DNA of 63,780 nucleotides from Octopus bimaculoides (GCF_001194135.2 NC_068992.1:50962751-51026530), one strand, 5' to 3'; shown: positions 28,482 to 43,475, counted from the first letter of the stretch. The notes: generated from the sequence alone by a model not told the origin. Numbers and translations are program-made.

Positions 28482-28518
<37 letters not shown>

Positions 28519-30009
28519 TATATATATATACGCTTATGTTCATATATATAAGCATTTGCGTGTGTGAGTGGGGGTGCATTGTGAGTGCGTGTATGTGTGC
28601 ATATATGTACATATGAATGTATTTATAGTGATAGTGAGTGACAGGTTGAGAAAGAGATACAGAAAATAGGAAAATGTGAAATGTTAAAAAGATCGAAAGA
28701 TATACACAGAGTTGAGAAGGGAAAGAGAGAGCGAAGAGAGAGGTATAATATCAATATAAATATATAATAGAGAGAGTTGAGAGTGAGAGCGAGCAATATT
28801 GTAGTTCTCTTATATATTTGCATCGTTTGCATTATCTACTCCACCTACACAAATATGATTTAAATATTCGAAGGATTCTGGATGGATGTTACAATGGCTT
28901 TCCAATAATTTGCTTTTTTTTGCATTCTTAATTTTTATTTGATATTTGCTTAATTTTTACGTTCTTACTTTTACATATTATTTTCTCTTACATGTTAGTT
29001 TATTTATATTGTTTACTTTTTACTCAGTATTTCTTGTTTTTGTTGTTGTCGTTCTGAAGCTTAAACAGAGAAAATCATGATGGAACATAAAAGATTATAG
29101 AGAAACAAAATTAACAAATAAAGAAAGAAAGTGCAACAAAATGTGCATAACAGACAAAATGTTTCCTAAAGCAAAAGTATTTTTTCTTCAAATAGAAAAT
29201 TAACAAAGAGAAATCAATATTTAAACTGACTGAAGGAAAATTCTAGGTAGAGAATCTTTAGGAGCAATTGCGAAAATGTTGTATGTGAAGACAAACAATA
29301 CTAAGAATCAAATAAAAAATTAATATTTGCAAAGTATTCTTCTTAAAGTCGATCTCAAAAGTATTGTTTCCATATGCCTTCTGGGTAGTAAAGAATTATA
29401 ATTTTTTTAACGACATGGAAAGAAATATGACAAAATTGAATAATGATAGCTTTTGGTACTGATAGTTTTTGATAAAGCTGTGGCTAATTTTATAGATGAA
29501 CATATTTTCGCTCTCTTAATAAAAGTGAGAGTTCTTGTTTTCTTTGGAATCAATAGCATATTGGTCTATTCAGCACAAACATCAGCGGTTCAATATTCTG
29601 CCACCATTATTTCTAGAAGAAAGGTGGTGATTGAGTACACAGCTTAGCGCAGCAGTTTGGTAATAGATTAATTTTTTCGGCGATGGGTGTTTTGCGCCGA
29701 GGGCAAGGTTAGGCGCACAGACAAACAGTAACATGCTCAGACACACAGAAAACCAAACTAATATACATAGACGCACACATGCATAGAAATATACACAGGC
29801 ATACACACAAAAAGAGCAAAACCTTGACACAACAAATAGTATAACACATTAAATGTACGACGGAACACGTGATGAAACACATAATACAGAGTGACACATC
29901 TCATAGACAACAGAACACATGATGCAACACAACATACAATGTGTCAGAAAAGACATATATGCACACACATACATATACACATACATATATATAAGTATAT
30001 ATGTATATA

Positions 30010-30050
<41 letters not shown>

Positions 30051-31114
30051 NNNNNNNNNNNNNNNNNNNNNNNNNNNNNNNNNNNNNNNNNNNNNNNNNN
30101 NNNNNNNNNNNNNNNNNNNNNNNNNNNNNNNNNNNNNNNNNNNNNNNNNNNNNNNNNNNNNNNNNNNNNNNNNNNNNNNNNNNNNNNNNNNNNNNNNNNN
30201 NNNNNNNNNNNNNNNNNNNNNNNNNNNNNNNNNNNNNNNNNNNNNNNNNNNNNNNNNNNNNNNNNNNNNNNNNNNNNNNNNNNNNNNNNNNNNNNNNNNN
30301 NNNNNNNNNNNNNNNNNNNNNNNNNNNNNNNNNNNNNNNNNNNNNNNNNNNNNNNNNNNNNNNNNNNNNNNNNNNNNNNNNNNNNNNNNNNNNNNNNNNN
30401 NNNNNNNNNNNNNNNNNNNNNNNNNNNNNNNNNNNNNNNNNNNNNNNNNNNNNNNNNNNNNNNNNNNNNNNNNNNNNNNNNNNNNNNNNNNNNNNNNNNN
30501 NNNNNNNNNNNNNNNNNNNNNNNNNNNNNNNNNNNNNNNNNNNNNNNNNNNNNNNNNNNNNNNNNNNNNNNNNNNNNNNNNNNNNNNNNNNNNNNNNNNN
30601 NNNNNNNNNNNNNNNNNNNNNNNNNNNNNNNNNNNNNNNNNNNNNNNNNNNNNNNNNNNNNNNNNNNNNNNNNNNNNNNNNNNNNNNNNNNNNNNNNNNN
30701 NNNNNNNNNNNNNNNNNNNNNNNNNNNNNNNNGTGTATATATATGTATATATATGTGTGTGTGTGTATATATATATATTAAGATATGTGCAATAAATGTT
30801 ATATGACATGCGCATGCAAATATCTTTTATATATGTGTTGTATTGGAATAATAAGTATAAAGTGCTAAATACTTATATACATATAATACTTGTATGAAAA
30901 CATACATGTATGCGCGCTTGCATAGATATTTAAGTGTGGGAGCTGAATAAATCTGCGAACCCCAGTGTAAGACAAGTCGAAATAATTGATGTATTTGTAT
31001 CACTGGAACATAAAAGCATACATAAACGCATTCGCGCGCGCACACACAGTCACACACACTCACATTCACATGTGAAAAAGCATAGATATATATATATATT
31101 CTTATTTATTTTTT

Positions 31115-31300
31115 TTATTCTTTTACTCGCTTCAGTCATTCGGATGCGGCCATGTTACGACCCCGGCTTAAAGTATTTTAGTGGAACAAATCAGCCATGG
31201 TACAAGGTTGGTATTTATTCAGTCTGTTCCCTTGCCGAGACGCTAAGTTACGGGAACATAAACACACCAACACTGGTTTCCAAGCGGTTGTGAGGGACAA
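31115..31300 (-). mobile_element. SINE family A 3' half
   Basis: Matches 5381-5575 and 45582-45787. It ends at the microsatellite boundary and no head follows. Confidence 0.8.
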
Positions 31301-31784
31301 ATATATACACACGCATATACGCGCGCGTGCACATATATAAATATGTACGTATGAAAGTGTATAAATATATATATATTCATATACATACATGCATTGCATA
31401 TATACATATTTATGTTTACAGATATATGTATATGTATATATGCATAAATATTAATTCATATATGTATGCATATATATCCATCCATATGTGTATGCATGTG
31501 TGTGTGTGTGTGTGTGTGTGGTTAAATTTTCCCTATTATCCCATTTGTTTTTCCTTCTTGATTTTTTGTAATAACTTTTGGGGATGTTTTTTCCTTAAAT
31601 TCTTCACACTGACGAGAATGACAATACATAACTTTAATTATAATAATTATTATTATTATTTTTTTCCTTACATATTTGTATTGCGCTTTGTAACGTTCGC
31701 ATGTACTTATTAAATCTAATTTTGATTTTTTAACATGTTTTCTCCATTTTTATAATTGTTTATATCTTTATACCTATAACGAAC

Positions 31785-31822
<38 letters not shown>

Positions 31823-32305
31823 CATACATACATATCATATTATTCGAATGTGTCAGCCATCGTCGCAGAACCTAAGTGACAAAACGTTACAAAACCAAGT
31901 AAAATTATTGAAGTAAAGTGCATAAAACCTCTTAGTAAACTGGCTTAAAGGCGTAGCTAAGTGATTGACTGCTGTGCACGCATATCTCATCTGCAGGGTA
32001 GTTCCAGCGCATGCAATTCGGAAACGTTCTTGTAATACATTGTACGTGTGTTTGCATGAAGAAATATATATATGTGTGTGTGTATATATATATAAATGTA
32101 TATATGTATGTGCATGTGTGTGTGTGAATAATGTGTGCATATATATGTACATTTATATAGTTCACAGACGAGTTACAGAGATTCACCATATGGAAAACGT
32201 GTAGTAGCGTTCAAACGATTCAAACTTAGATTCCGATCTCTTTATAGGTGATCATTCCACGTGGTAAAAAAAGGTTATAAGAGGCTTCAAGTTGAGCGAG
32301 TATAG

Positions 32306-32448
32306 AGGCAATTATGCGGATAAAGAACTATACACATCAAATATATTAAATATATTAAATACATCAAATACAAAGTATTTTGTATTTGATGTATTTGACA
32401 TATATAATGTATTTGATGTGTATATTTTGTTTATCCGCAAAATTGCCT
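32306..32448. repeat. 143-bp foldback hairpin, MITE-like
   Basis: Arms of about 70 bp (aggcaattatgcggataaa...catcaaatacaaa / tttgtatttgatg...tttatccgcaaaattgcct) around a loop of a few nucleotides. Confidence 0.8.
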
Positions 32449-32455
32449 TTCCCCC

Positions 32456-32508
<53 letters not shown>

Positions 32509-32538
32509 TAAATAGATAGATAGATAGATAGATGGATG

Positions 32539-32572
<34 letters not shown>

Positions 32573-33216
32573 CAGATAAATAGATTATATATGTGTATGT
32601 GTGTGTATGTGNNNNNNNNNNNNNNNNNNNNNNNNNNNNNNNNNNNNNNNNNNNNNNNNNNNNNNNNNNNNNNNNNNNNNNNNNNNNNNNNNNNNNNNNN
32701 NNNNNNNNNNNNNNNNNNNNNNNNNNNNNNNNNNNNNNNNNNNNNNNNNNNNNNNNNNNNNNNNNNNNNNNNNNNNNNNNNNNNNNNNNNNNNNNNNNNN
32801 NNNNNNNNNNNNNNNNNNNNNNNNNNNNNNNNNNNNNNNNNNNNNNNNNNNNNNNNNNNNNNNNNNNNNNNNNNNNNNNNNNNNNNNNNNNNNNNNNNNN
32901 NNNNNNNNNNNNNNNNNNNNNNNNNNNNNNNNNNNNNNNNNNNNNNNNNNNNNNNNNNNNNNNNNNNNNNNNNNNNNNNNNNNNNNNNNNNNNNNNNNNN
33001 NNNNNNNNNNNNNNNNNNNNNNNNNNNNNNNNNNNNNNNNNNNNNNNNNNNNNNNNNNNNNNNNNNNNNNNNNNNNNNNNNNNNNNNNNNNNNNNNNNNN
33101 NNTGTCCCCTGTTTTAGCCCCTGTCTTAGCGTTCACCACTTTACCTCATCATGGCTTAACACCCGTCACCATTTGTTTTTACTGTTTTGTTCTTACTGTC
33201 TTGGTTTTGTTACCAC

Positions 33217-33258
33217 TTTCGGATGCCGGGGTGGGAGCCCACGCCAACATCTCTTCAG
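33217..33258 (-). ncRNA. Candidate partial hammerhead ribozyme core (CUGAAGA-stem II-CGAAA)
   Basis: Minus strand CTGAAGA GATG TTGG C GTGGG CT CCCAC C CCGG CATC CGAAAG. Both conserved core boxes flank a well-paired stem II. Stems I and III are not convincingly identifiable. Confidence 0.4.
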
Positions 33259-36186
33259 TTATCCGGCCATTGAAAATTCCTGAGAAAAATGACCGTCAAA
33301 CAAAGGGAAATTACTGTGTGGTGACTGTCATTAAGACAAAAGAGCTAACAGACCGCTAAATAAGGTAAAGGTAAGGGAATAGGGAAGTCTATAAGTTCGC
33401 GTAAGCGCACCAATCCGTACATTGGCCTATATTTACATACTAAAAAGCCTCGCTTTAAACACACATATGCTCACCCACGTACTCGCCGAAAACTATACAT
33501 GTATGTCAACACACACATGTTCACCCTGCTTCTATATTTTTCTACAAAAATAGAAATTATCTTAGAGATTATAGAAAACTATAAAACACATACTGATATG
33601 GAGTGTCTATGCAATTAGTAGATTTAAATTTTTTTATTCAAGCTTCTGTGTGATATAGTTGTCTATGCGTGTTTGCTTGTGACGCGCTTCGTTTGGTCAT
33701 GTTTGTGTGATTTGGCTGTGTGCATGTGTCTATATATTTATATATGTGTGTTTCAGTGTGTGTGATTGTGTTGTATGTAAATTGTTTGCGTTTAGTTTAA
33801 CTCTATTTTCTTTTCATATTTGAGTCTTAATTGTGCGGAGAACTGGTTTATGTAATTTAGTTCTGTGTGATGGCTTCTTGTAATTACGATGTCTGATCCT
33901 TGCACGTTTTGTGCAAAAATATTTAAAAAAAACAAAAAAACAAAACAAAAACAAGAGAAACAAAAAGTAAAAGAAATAGAACATACTTAAGACGTATGGC
34001 GACCACAAATTCTACAAGTTTCAAGTTAGAGCATCTCTGTGTGTGTGGTGTGTTGATTGGATGTTTATCCTATTTTGTAAACATCGAACGTACATCTCGT
34101 CAACATAAGTCTATAAATTACATTTAAAATTTATTATCATAAAATGTCCCTCATTATGGAAGCCACAAATGTAATGACGTCAATTCTATGAAGGATGTTC
34201 CATTGNNNNNNNNNNNNNNNNNNNNNNNNNNNNNNNNNNNNNNNNNNNNNNNNNNNNNNNNNNNNNNNNNNNNNNNNNNNNNNNNNNNNNNNNNNNNNNN
34301 NNNNNNNNNNNNNNNNNNNNNNNNNNNNNNNNNNNNNNNNNNNNNNNNNNNNNNNNNNNNNNNNNNNNNNNNNNNNNNNNNNNNNNNNNNNNNNNNNNNN
34401 NNNNNNNNNNNNNNNNNNNNNNNNNNNNNNNNNNNNNNNNNNNNNNNNNNNNNNNNNNNNNNNNNNNNNNNNNNNNNNNNNNNNNNNNNNNNNNNNNNNN
34501 NNNNNNNNNNNNNNNNNNNNNNNNNNNNNNNNNNNNNNNNNNNNNNNNNNNNNNNNNNNNNNNNNNNNNNNNNNNNNNNNNNNNNNNNNNNNNNNNNNNN
34601 NNNNNNNNNNNNNNNNNNNNNNNNNNNNNNNNNNNNNNNNNNNNNNNNNNNNNNNNNNNNNNNNNNNNNNNNNNNNNNNNNNNNNNNNNNNNNNNNNNNN
34701 NNNNNNNNNNNNNNNNNNNNNNNNNNNNNNNNNNNNNNNNNNNNNNNNNNNNNNNNNNNNNNNNNNNNNNNNNNNNNNNNNNNNNNNNNNNNNNNNNNNN
34801 NNNNNNNNNNNNNNNNNNNNNNNNNNNNNNNNNNNNNNNNNNNNNNNNNNNNNNNNNNNNNNNNNNNNNNNNNNNNNNNNNNNNNNNNNNNNNNNNNNNN
34901 NNNNNNNNNNNNNNNNNNNNNNNNNNNNNNNNNNNNNNNNNNNNNNNNNNNNNNNNNNNNNNNNNNNNNNNNNNNNNNNNNNNNNNNNNNNNNNNNNNNN
35001 NNNNNNNNNNNNNNNNNNNNNNNNNNNNNNNNNNNNNNNNNNNTATATATATATATATCCAAAGTTTTAAATTTTTACATTTAAGACAGAGATTTCACGC
35101 TAAGGAGTCTAATTTAGATTTTTTTGCGGTGAAATCTCCTGCTATATTGGTAACGATTACATAGATTTCTATGAAAAAGTATATATATATATATATACTT
35201 ACATAGATACGTGTGTGTGTGAGTGTGTGTGTGTGCGTGCGCGCGTGTCTGTGTGTGTGTTGTAATGTATACTAGTCTACTAATGAAATGCGAACGGTTG
35301 GAATATATATGGCAGAGAGTATTAATTTAATATCCTTTTAATCTATTAATCCATTTCATACTCTTGATATAAAAGGAAAATCTTTCAATACTATATGAAA
35401 ACTGTGGATTTTATCATTCCTTTTCTTTATATTTTTGTTCTAATGGAAATTCTCAACAACAAAACAGGAAGAGAATATATTTTTAACATAATTATGGAAT
35501 ATAAGCCAAAGAAGGAAGATGAGAAAGCAGAGAAGGTGGGAGGTGGAATAAGAACAAGAAGAAGAAAAACAGAGAAGAGAAGAAAATGGAGGGAGAAGAA
35601 ATAGTTAAACTATAAAAAGAAAAATGAGAAAACGAAAAGGGGAGAAAAGCAAAGAAATTAAAATGTTAATGCTAATGATAATAATGATGCTGAAGGGGAG
35701 TCAGAAAGATGAGTGGTTTAGGATGAGGATAACGATGACGCTGTCGATGACAACGACGTTGACGTAGTTTTCAACAACGATGACGTCAATTGATTATAAA
35801 AAGAAAATGAACTTATAATAAATTCCTCATTTATAAATGATATTGTGCTTTTTCATTTGTTCTCGGCATTACAATTAAAATCAAAGTGGAATTTAAAGCT
35901 TTTAAAGTTAAACTTATTAAAATTTGAACTATCGTGCATAGTCTGAGACATGCACTTAAAAACCAAAACACGAGAAAAGTTTAATCATTGCGAACAACCG
36001 TATGAGAGGATCTTTAGCGAGATACAACTTTATGCATGGATGTATCTGTTGAGACCCAGACTGCAAAATGGATGCAACACATGTTGAACGGAGTCTCACT
36101 CATAAGGGGCAGTAGTAGCATTGGTCGAACGACCGTTGTACGAAATAAAGATTAATACCGAATTCATCTTCTGGTTACTTAAGAAA

Positions 36187-36192
36187 TTATTA

Positions 36193-36250
<58 letters not shown>

Positions 36251-36260
36251 ACACACACAC
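36187..36260. repeat. (ATT)n-(AC)n microsatellite
   Basis: Read directly. Confidence 0.95.
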
Positions 36261-37697
36261 ACAAGCACATATATATATGTACCCTTCATATAAATATGAG
36301 TGTGCGTATATATATATATAATCATACGCACACACATATTTATATGGACGGTTCGAGATGTGATGTATTTGAGGACTAGGACATACTTTTTAATTTAATA
36401 AAATATACAAATGTATTCTAATAAAACGGATTTGTGCATATCTTCACGACTATAAGTTTTCTTCTAGGATTATCTTATTAATTCACCTTTAAACTTTATA
36501 ATTGCTTCTTACGTGCTCGGAATCGTTTATATGCTTGCATAAAAGTTCCTTATTCATTTCGGACGCCACCTGGATAATGGCAGCCATCAGTAAATCATTT
36601 TTTATTGTAAGGATGTTGATTACTCTTTCTTTCAACAACGTAGCAAGCGTGGAAATCTGTGGCATTTAAATCTAGTGTTACATAATACTTACATATTTCT
36701 TGAGAAGGGCTGAGACTTCTAGAAGTACGCATAAACTTCCAAGGCATACGTCATTTATTTAGGGCTTATCCTTCTTTCCAGCACCTCAACGTATCAAGCA
36801 ACATTAATTCTAAGCCATTGAGTGTAAAGAAAAATGTGAATTGGCACGACATGATCTTCGTTCCACTCACTCTTAAAATCCTCACAATTGCTGGAAACTT
36901 AGTTTCTCGCACATAATTGTCTGTCAATGTACATGTTAGATTTTTTATGTTGTTTGATGTTGTTATACATAAACACAAACATATACTCGTATATACATAA
37001 TGAATATGCTTGGGTTAGTTTTTACAGGCCGAAGAGTCAAGTTTACTACTCAAATAAGATTTCGACTCAAAATGCACACAACCAGAATGAACATTGCGGG
37101 ACATTAGATCTGATGTTCTTACAGTTTCATCGATCCACTGTCTTACATTTGTATATGTTATTATCGACACTTAAACCATAAAAGCAAAGTGATCATATGC
37201 TGTAGGTGATCTTAGACTACCATGTGTCTGAATAGATATTGTGAAGACTTCTCACCGACGCTCGAAAGACATACTTGCGAGTATAGTTCATAATGAATGC
37301 AGTCTATGCACGTAGTAGATTTTAAATTTATATATATATATACTTCGAGAGAGACACACACACGCACACACAAATATGCACACACACACATACACACACA
37401 CAAATGCACGCATGCGAGTGCACAAACGTGTGTGTCTGTGTGAGTGTATAAGCGCGACTCTGTTTAGAGATATAAAACCAGTATATTATCGGGAAGCGAA
37501 CCACGCAAATCGTGACAAAAAGAAAAATAAGAGGGTATACGCCCTGTTGTCTCCCAAAATTGCATATAAACTACTTGCATCCCCTTTTATATCTGTGTTA
37601 CTTGTTTCTTTCTTGCCATCGTTGAAACAAGTAACACAAACCACTTATCAACAGCTTACATTAAAAAAAACAACAACAAAGAAAGCGTATATTAGTA

Positions 37698-39304
<1,607 letters not shown>

Positions 39305-39717
39305 TGAAACATACCCTGGGGGTATTATAAGCAAAGTGGGGATGCCCCTTTACACACAGGTTGAGGTTTAAATGGTTGAAATTTTTTGTCAAGTTCTTAA
39401 ATTTATAATACATGCGTTATGTAAAGATTTTACTCTAGCCCTCGACTACGAATCCCTTCTCCAACAACACGTCGTCTTTGTAAGCCACCATTTAATGTTT
39501 ACGTATAGTTTTGTGTAGTTCTTCACATTCTTGTGGTTAATGATGAAGAGATTATTATTGTTGTTGTTGTCTTTTGTTTGTTTTCAGCGAGTGAAGAAGG
39601 AATAACTTGGTGTCGGTGGCTGAGTAAGGGGAAGAAATAAACTTTTACTCGGTGCTTTAATACGCCCGCACAGTAACAAATGTAGCACGTACGTAAATAT
39701 GGATATATGTGTGTGTT

Positions 39718-39765
<48 letters not shown>

Positions 39766-42132
39766 TATGTGTGTGTAGTGTGTGGGTGTTATGTGTACGC
39801 GCTTGCTTGCACGCAATCATGCTACGGTGCTGAGAAGTCACCAATCCAAGTGCAACACCAACACACACACACGCACACACACACGAACACATACACGCAC
39901 AGATATGTATGTATGCATGCATATATGTTCATATATATATATATATANNNNNNNNNNNNNNNNNNNNNNNNNNNNNNNNNNNNNNNNNNNNNNNNNNNNN
40001 NNNNNNNNNNNNNNNNNNNNNNNNNNNNNNNNNNNNNNNNNNNNNNNNNNNNNNNNNNNNNNNNNNNNNNNNNNNNNNNNNNNNNNNNNNNNNNNNNNNN
40101 NNNNNNNNNNNNNNNNNNNNNNNNNNNNNNNNNNNNNNNNNNNNNNNNNNNNNNNNNNNNNNNNNNNNNNNNNNNNNNNNNNNNNNNNNNNNNNNNNNNN
40201 NNNNNNNNNNNNNNNNNNNNNNNNNNNNNNNNNNNNNNNNNNNNNNNNNNNNNNNNNNNNNNNNNNNNNNNNNNNNNNNNNNNNNNNNNNNNNNNNNNNN
40301 NNNNNNNNNGTTACATTTCTTTTCTACTTCACTGCTTCGGTACCTTTTCCGTCTTTTCTCTCTAGATTTTCTAAAAATTTTTACTAATATATTCTCCTTT
40401 TCTTTTTGTTGTTATTTTTGCCGTTGATACTGTCATAAGGTATTTGATTGTTAGTTGTTGTTTTAGTTTTGTTTTGTATTCTGCTTATATTTTATTTTCT
40501 TTTTAATGTTTCTTATGTTTCGCTGTTATTTCATGTTTTATTGTATTTTTTTCAAACTTGAAGTTATTAAATATTCCAGCAGATTTATTTTATCACTTCT
40601 GTTTATTCATTTATTTATTTATTTGTGTGTTTGTTTCTGTATTCTACCATATTTTTCGTAAATACTTCGAGGTTTTCATGATATTGAAAATATCATAGCT
40701 ATTCGTGTTTGTGTCTGTGTTACTGTGTATGCGCTTGTATGTCTTTCCTCTTTGCCAATTATCTTCGACACTACAAGATGGTTGTATGTTGTGTCTCTTC
40801 CCCGCAGGGAGTAAAAATTGAACGTTATTTGCACTAGTACTGTGTGAATTCAAATAAATAAATACACGTCAGAATACAGAAATGTTTATTGATATAAATC
40901 CCGGGTACGGCTTTCAAACCCCAACAAAGCAGATCTCTCACCTATTTTAATAGTAAATTATCGACATATTTGTGTCTGCAAATATACAGACGATGCTCCG
41001 ATTCTTAGCACTCTATTATCCCTGAGGATTTCATGGTTTGAAGTAGGTTAAACATATATTCTACGTACAACATTCACTTTTACTGGTATTCAATGATATT
41101 TTTGTTGTATTTGTTGTTACTTTCCTCCAGTTTAGACCTAACTGAACAAATCTGATTTTAAAATATATCATTCAAGCTCGGTATATATATATACCGGAGT
41201 AAGCACATGAAATATGCAACAGGGTGGAAAAAAGAGTACTCAAATACCAGAGGTAGAGTAATATGACACCAGTGTCACGCGAGTTTTCAGTGTGAGCTGG
41301 ATTATTTAGAAAACTTGAATGTTTTGAATGCACCTCACTGCTGAATGTGTACTGGCTTGCAATAAAAACAACGCGCGCAGCCATCTCCTATAAAGGTAAT
41401 GGAACTTAAAAAGAAATAAGTAGAAATTTGTATTCAATACATGCGTTAGTATAACACACATTTGATATATTTGATCAAAAGATATCACAACTTATCATAT
41501 ATTAGTAACGAAGGTGCTAATGAAAGTTAATTTACCAAAATCCAATATAACATGCTATCTATACATTAAAATATCATCATGTCTTATCTGTATTTCAAAA
41601 TGTAACTTTGAGACATCAATATATCAGAATATAGATGTTTTATTCAATATACATTCGGTATATAATTTATATTGAATATAAATGAATTTCCTTAAAATAT
41701 ATATTACAATTCTCATGCACCAAGAGATACATATTTGAAATTCACATCTATAGACTTCAAACAGTGTTCATATATATGTATATATATATATATATACATA
41801 CATATATATATANNNNNNNNNNNNNNNNNNNNNNNNNNNNNNNNNNNNNNNNNNNNNNNNNNNNNNNNNNNNNNNNNNNNNNNNNNNNNNNNNNNNNNNN
41901 NNNNNNNNNNNNNNNNNNNNNNNNNNNNNNNNNNNNNNNNNNNNNNNNNNNNNNNNNNNNNNNNNNNNNNNNNNNNNNNNNNNNNNNNNNNNNNNNNNNN
42001 NNNNNNNNNNNNNNNNNNNNNNNNNNNNNNNNNNNNNNNNNNNNNNNNNNNNNNNNNNNNNNNNNNNNNNNNNNNNNNNNNNNNNNNNNNNNNNNNNNNN
42101 NNNNNNNNNNNNNNNNNNNNNNNNNNNNNNNN

Positions 42133-42135
42133 TTA

Positions 42136-42182
<47 letters not shown>

Positions 42183-42251
42183 TTTGTTATTATCATTATT
42201 ATTATTATTATCATTATTATTATTATTATTATCATTATAATAATAATAATA

Positions 42252-42301
<50 letters not shown>

Positions 42302-42376
42302 CATTATTCAGGTCACTGCCTGGAATCTTGGAGTTAGTAGCCCGCGCTCAGAACTACTACACCATATGCCTGTGGG
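42133..42376 (-). mobile_element. Short element with tRNA-like head and long (TAA)n tail
   Basis: Minus strand GGCATATGGTGTAGTAGTTCTGAGCGCGGGCTACTAACTCCAAGATTCCAGGCAGTGACCTG runs directly into about 175 bp of (TAA)n ending at a gap. An A-box-like motif and a 7-nt anticodon-like loop (CTACTAA) are present; the B box is defective. Confidence 0.55.
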
Positions 42377-42424
42377 CAATTATGGAGTGAATTATGGGAG
42401 TGTCTATATATATATATATATATA

Positions 42425-43100
42425 AGAGACCAAAGTGTACGTACGCCGCAATGTGTATATAAAAAGGAATACAAACAATGGGACAAGAACGCAAAACATC
42501 CAGACAGATGATACAAAAAAGGGACAAGAAAACACATGGATGGGTCATTCGAAGTTTCCTTTCCTCAGTCGAGTTCCAGATTATCTTTGCAATTTCAGTT
42601 GGCTATTGTCGAAATTGCTCCGATCTGGCGAGCCCCAAGGAAAAACTAGGCTTCCTTGGAAGAAAGCAGCGAAAACAAGGACGGAAAATACCCGAAAATG
42701 GTAAACAGATACAAATACAAATAACTCGATTGAGGACGCATTAAATTAAACTGGCGTGTGTGGAAGTGAAGCCTTACTGCAGGGACATAAGAGATGACAG
42801 GCATGGGGAGGAATATAGATGTTAGACGGCTGGTAGTCGAGACAAGAAAGAGAGTTCAGTCTTGGCCGAACACCGGTCATGTGGAGAGAGAGGAGAAAGA
42901 TAGAGGCAGAGGCACAGAAGAATTAAGGAGGGACGAGGAAAAAAGAAAAGGGACAGAGTGAAGTGAAAGAGGAGGGAAGGCGAGAATGAAGAGAAAGCCA
43001 GGAAATGTGAGAGCGGGGGAACGAAAGAAATAAAAGTGGAAAGAACGAAGTAAGTGTGAAGGGGCTGATAGAAAGAAAGAATGAAAGAATAAGAGGGTTT
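42425..43100 (-). mobile_element. Probable Penelope-like element terminal or UTR remnant
   Basis: Minus strand has CTGAGGA-AAG GAAA CTT-CGAA (degenerate hammerhead-like), followed by a T-rich tail and (TA)n. It resembles octopus Penelope-like termini from memory; no ORF supports it. Confidence 0.35.
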
Positions 43101-43272
43101 TTNNNNNNNNNNNNNNNNNNNNNNNNNNNNNNNNNNNNNNNNNNNNNNNNNNNNNNNNNNNNNNNNNNNNNNNNNNNNNNNNNNNNNNNNNNNNNNNNNN
43201 NNNNNNNNNNNNNNNNNNNNNNNNNNNNNNNNNNNNNNNNNNNNNNNNNNTATATATATATATGTACATCCA

Positions 43273-43475
43273 TATACTTTTCTACTCTAGGCTCAAGGCC
43301 CGAAATTTTGGGGGAGGGTACCATTCGATTAGATTGACCCCAGTACGCAACTGGTACTTAATTTATCGACCTCGAAAGGATGAATGGCAAAGTCGACCTC
43401 GGCGGAATTTGAACTCAGAACGTAAAAGACGAAATGCTGCTAAACTTTTCGCTCGGCGTGCTAACGTTTCTGCCA
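43273..43475 (-). mobile_element. tRNA-derived SINE family B, near full length
   Basis: Minus strand TGGCAGAAACGTTAGCACGCC...GAGTTCAAATTCC (B box)...GAGGTCGACTTTGCCATTCATCC...TAAGTACCAG...TAGAGTAGAAAAG. It is highly similar to 61851-61991. Confidence 0.88.

Noticed and set aside
34175-35788. Two full CRE palindromes (TGACGTCA at 34175 and 35781, both within ATGACGTCAATT)
   Set aside because: Roughly one such 8-mer is expected by chance in a window this size, and there is no promoter context.
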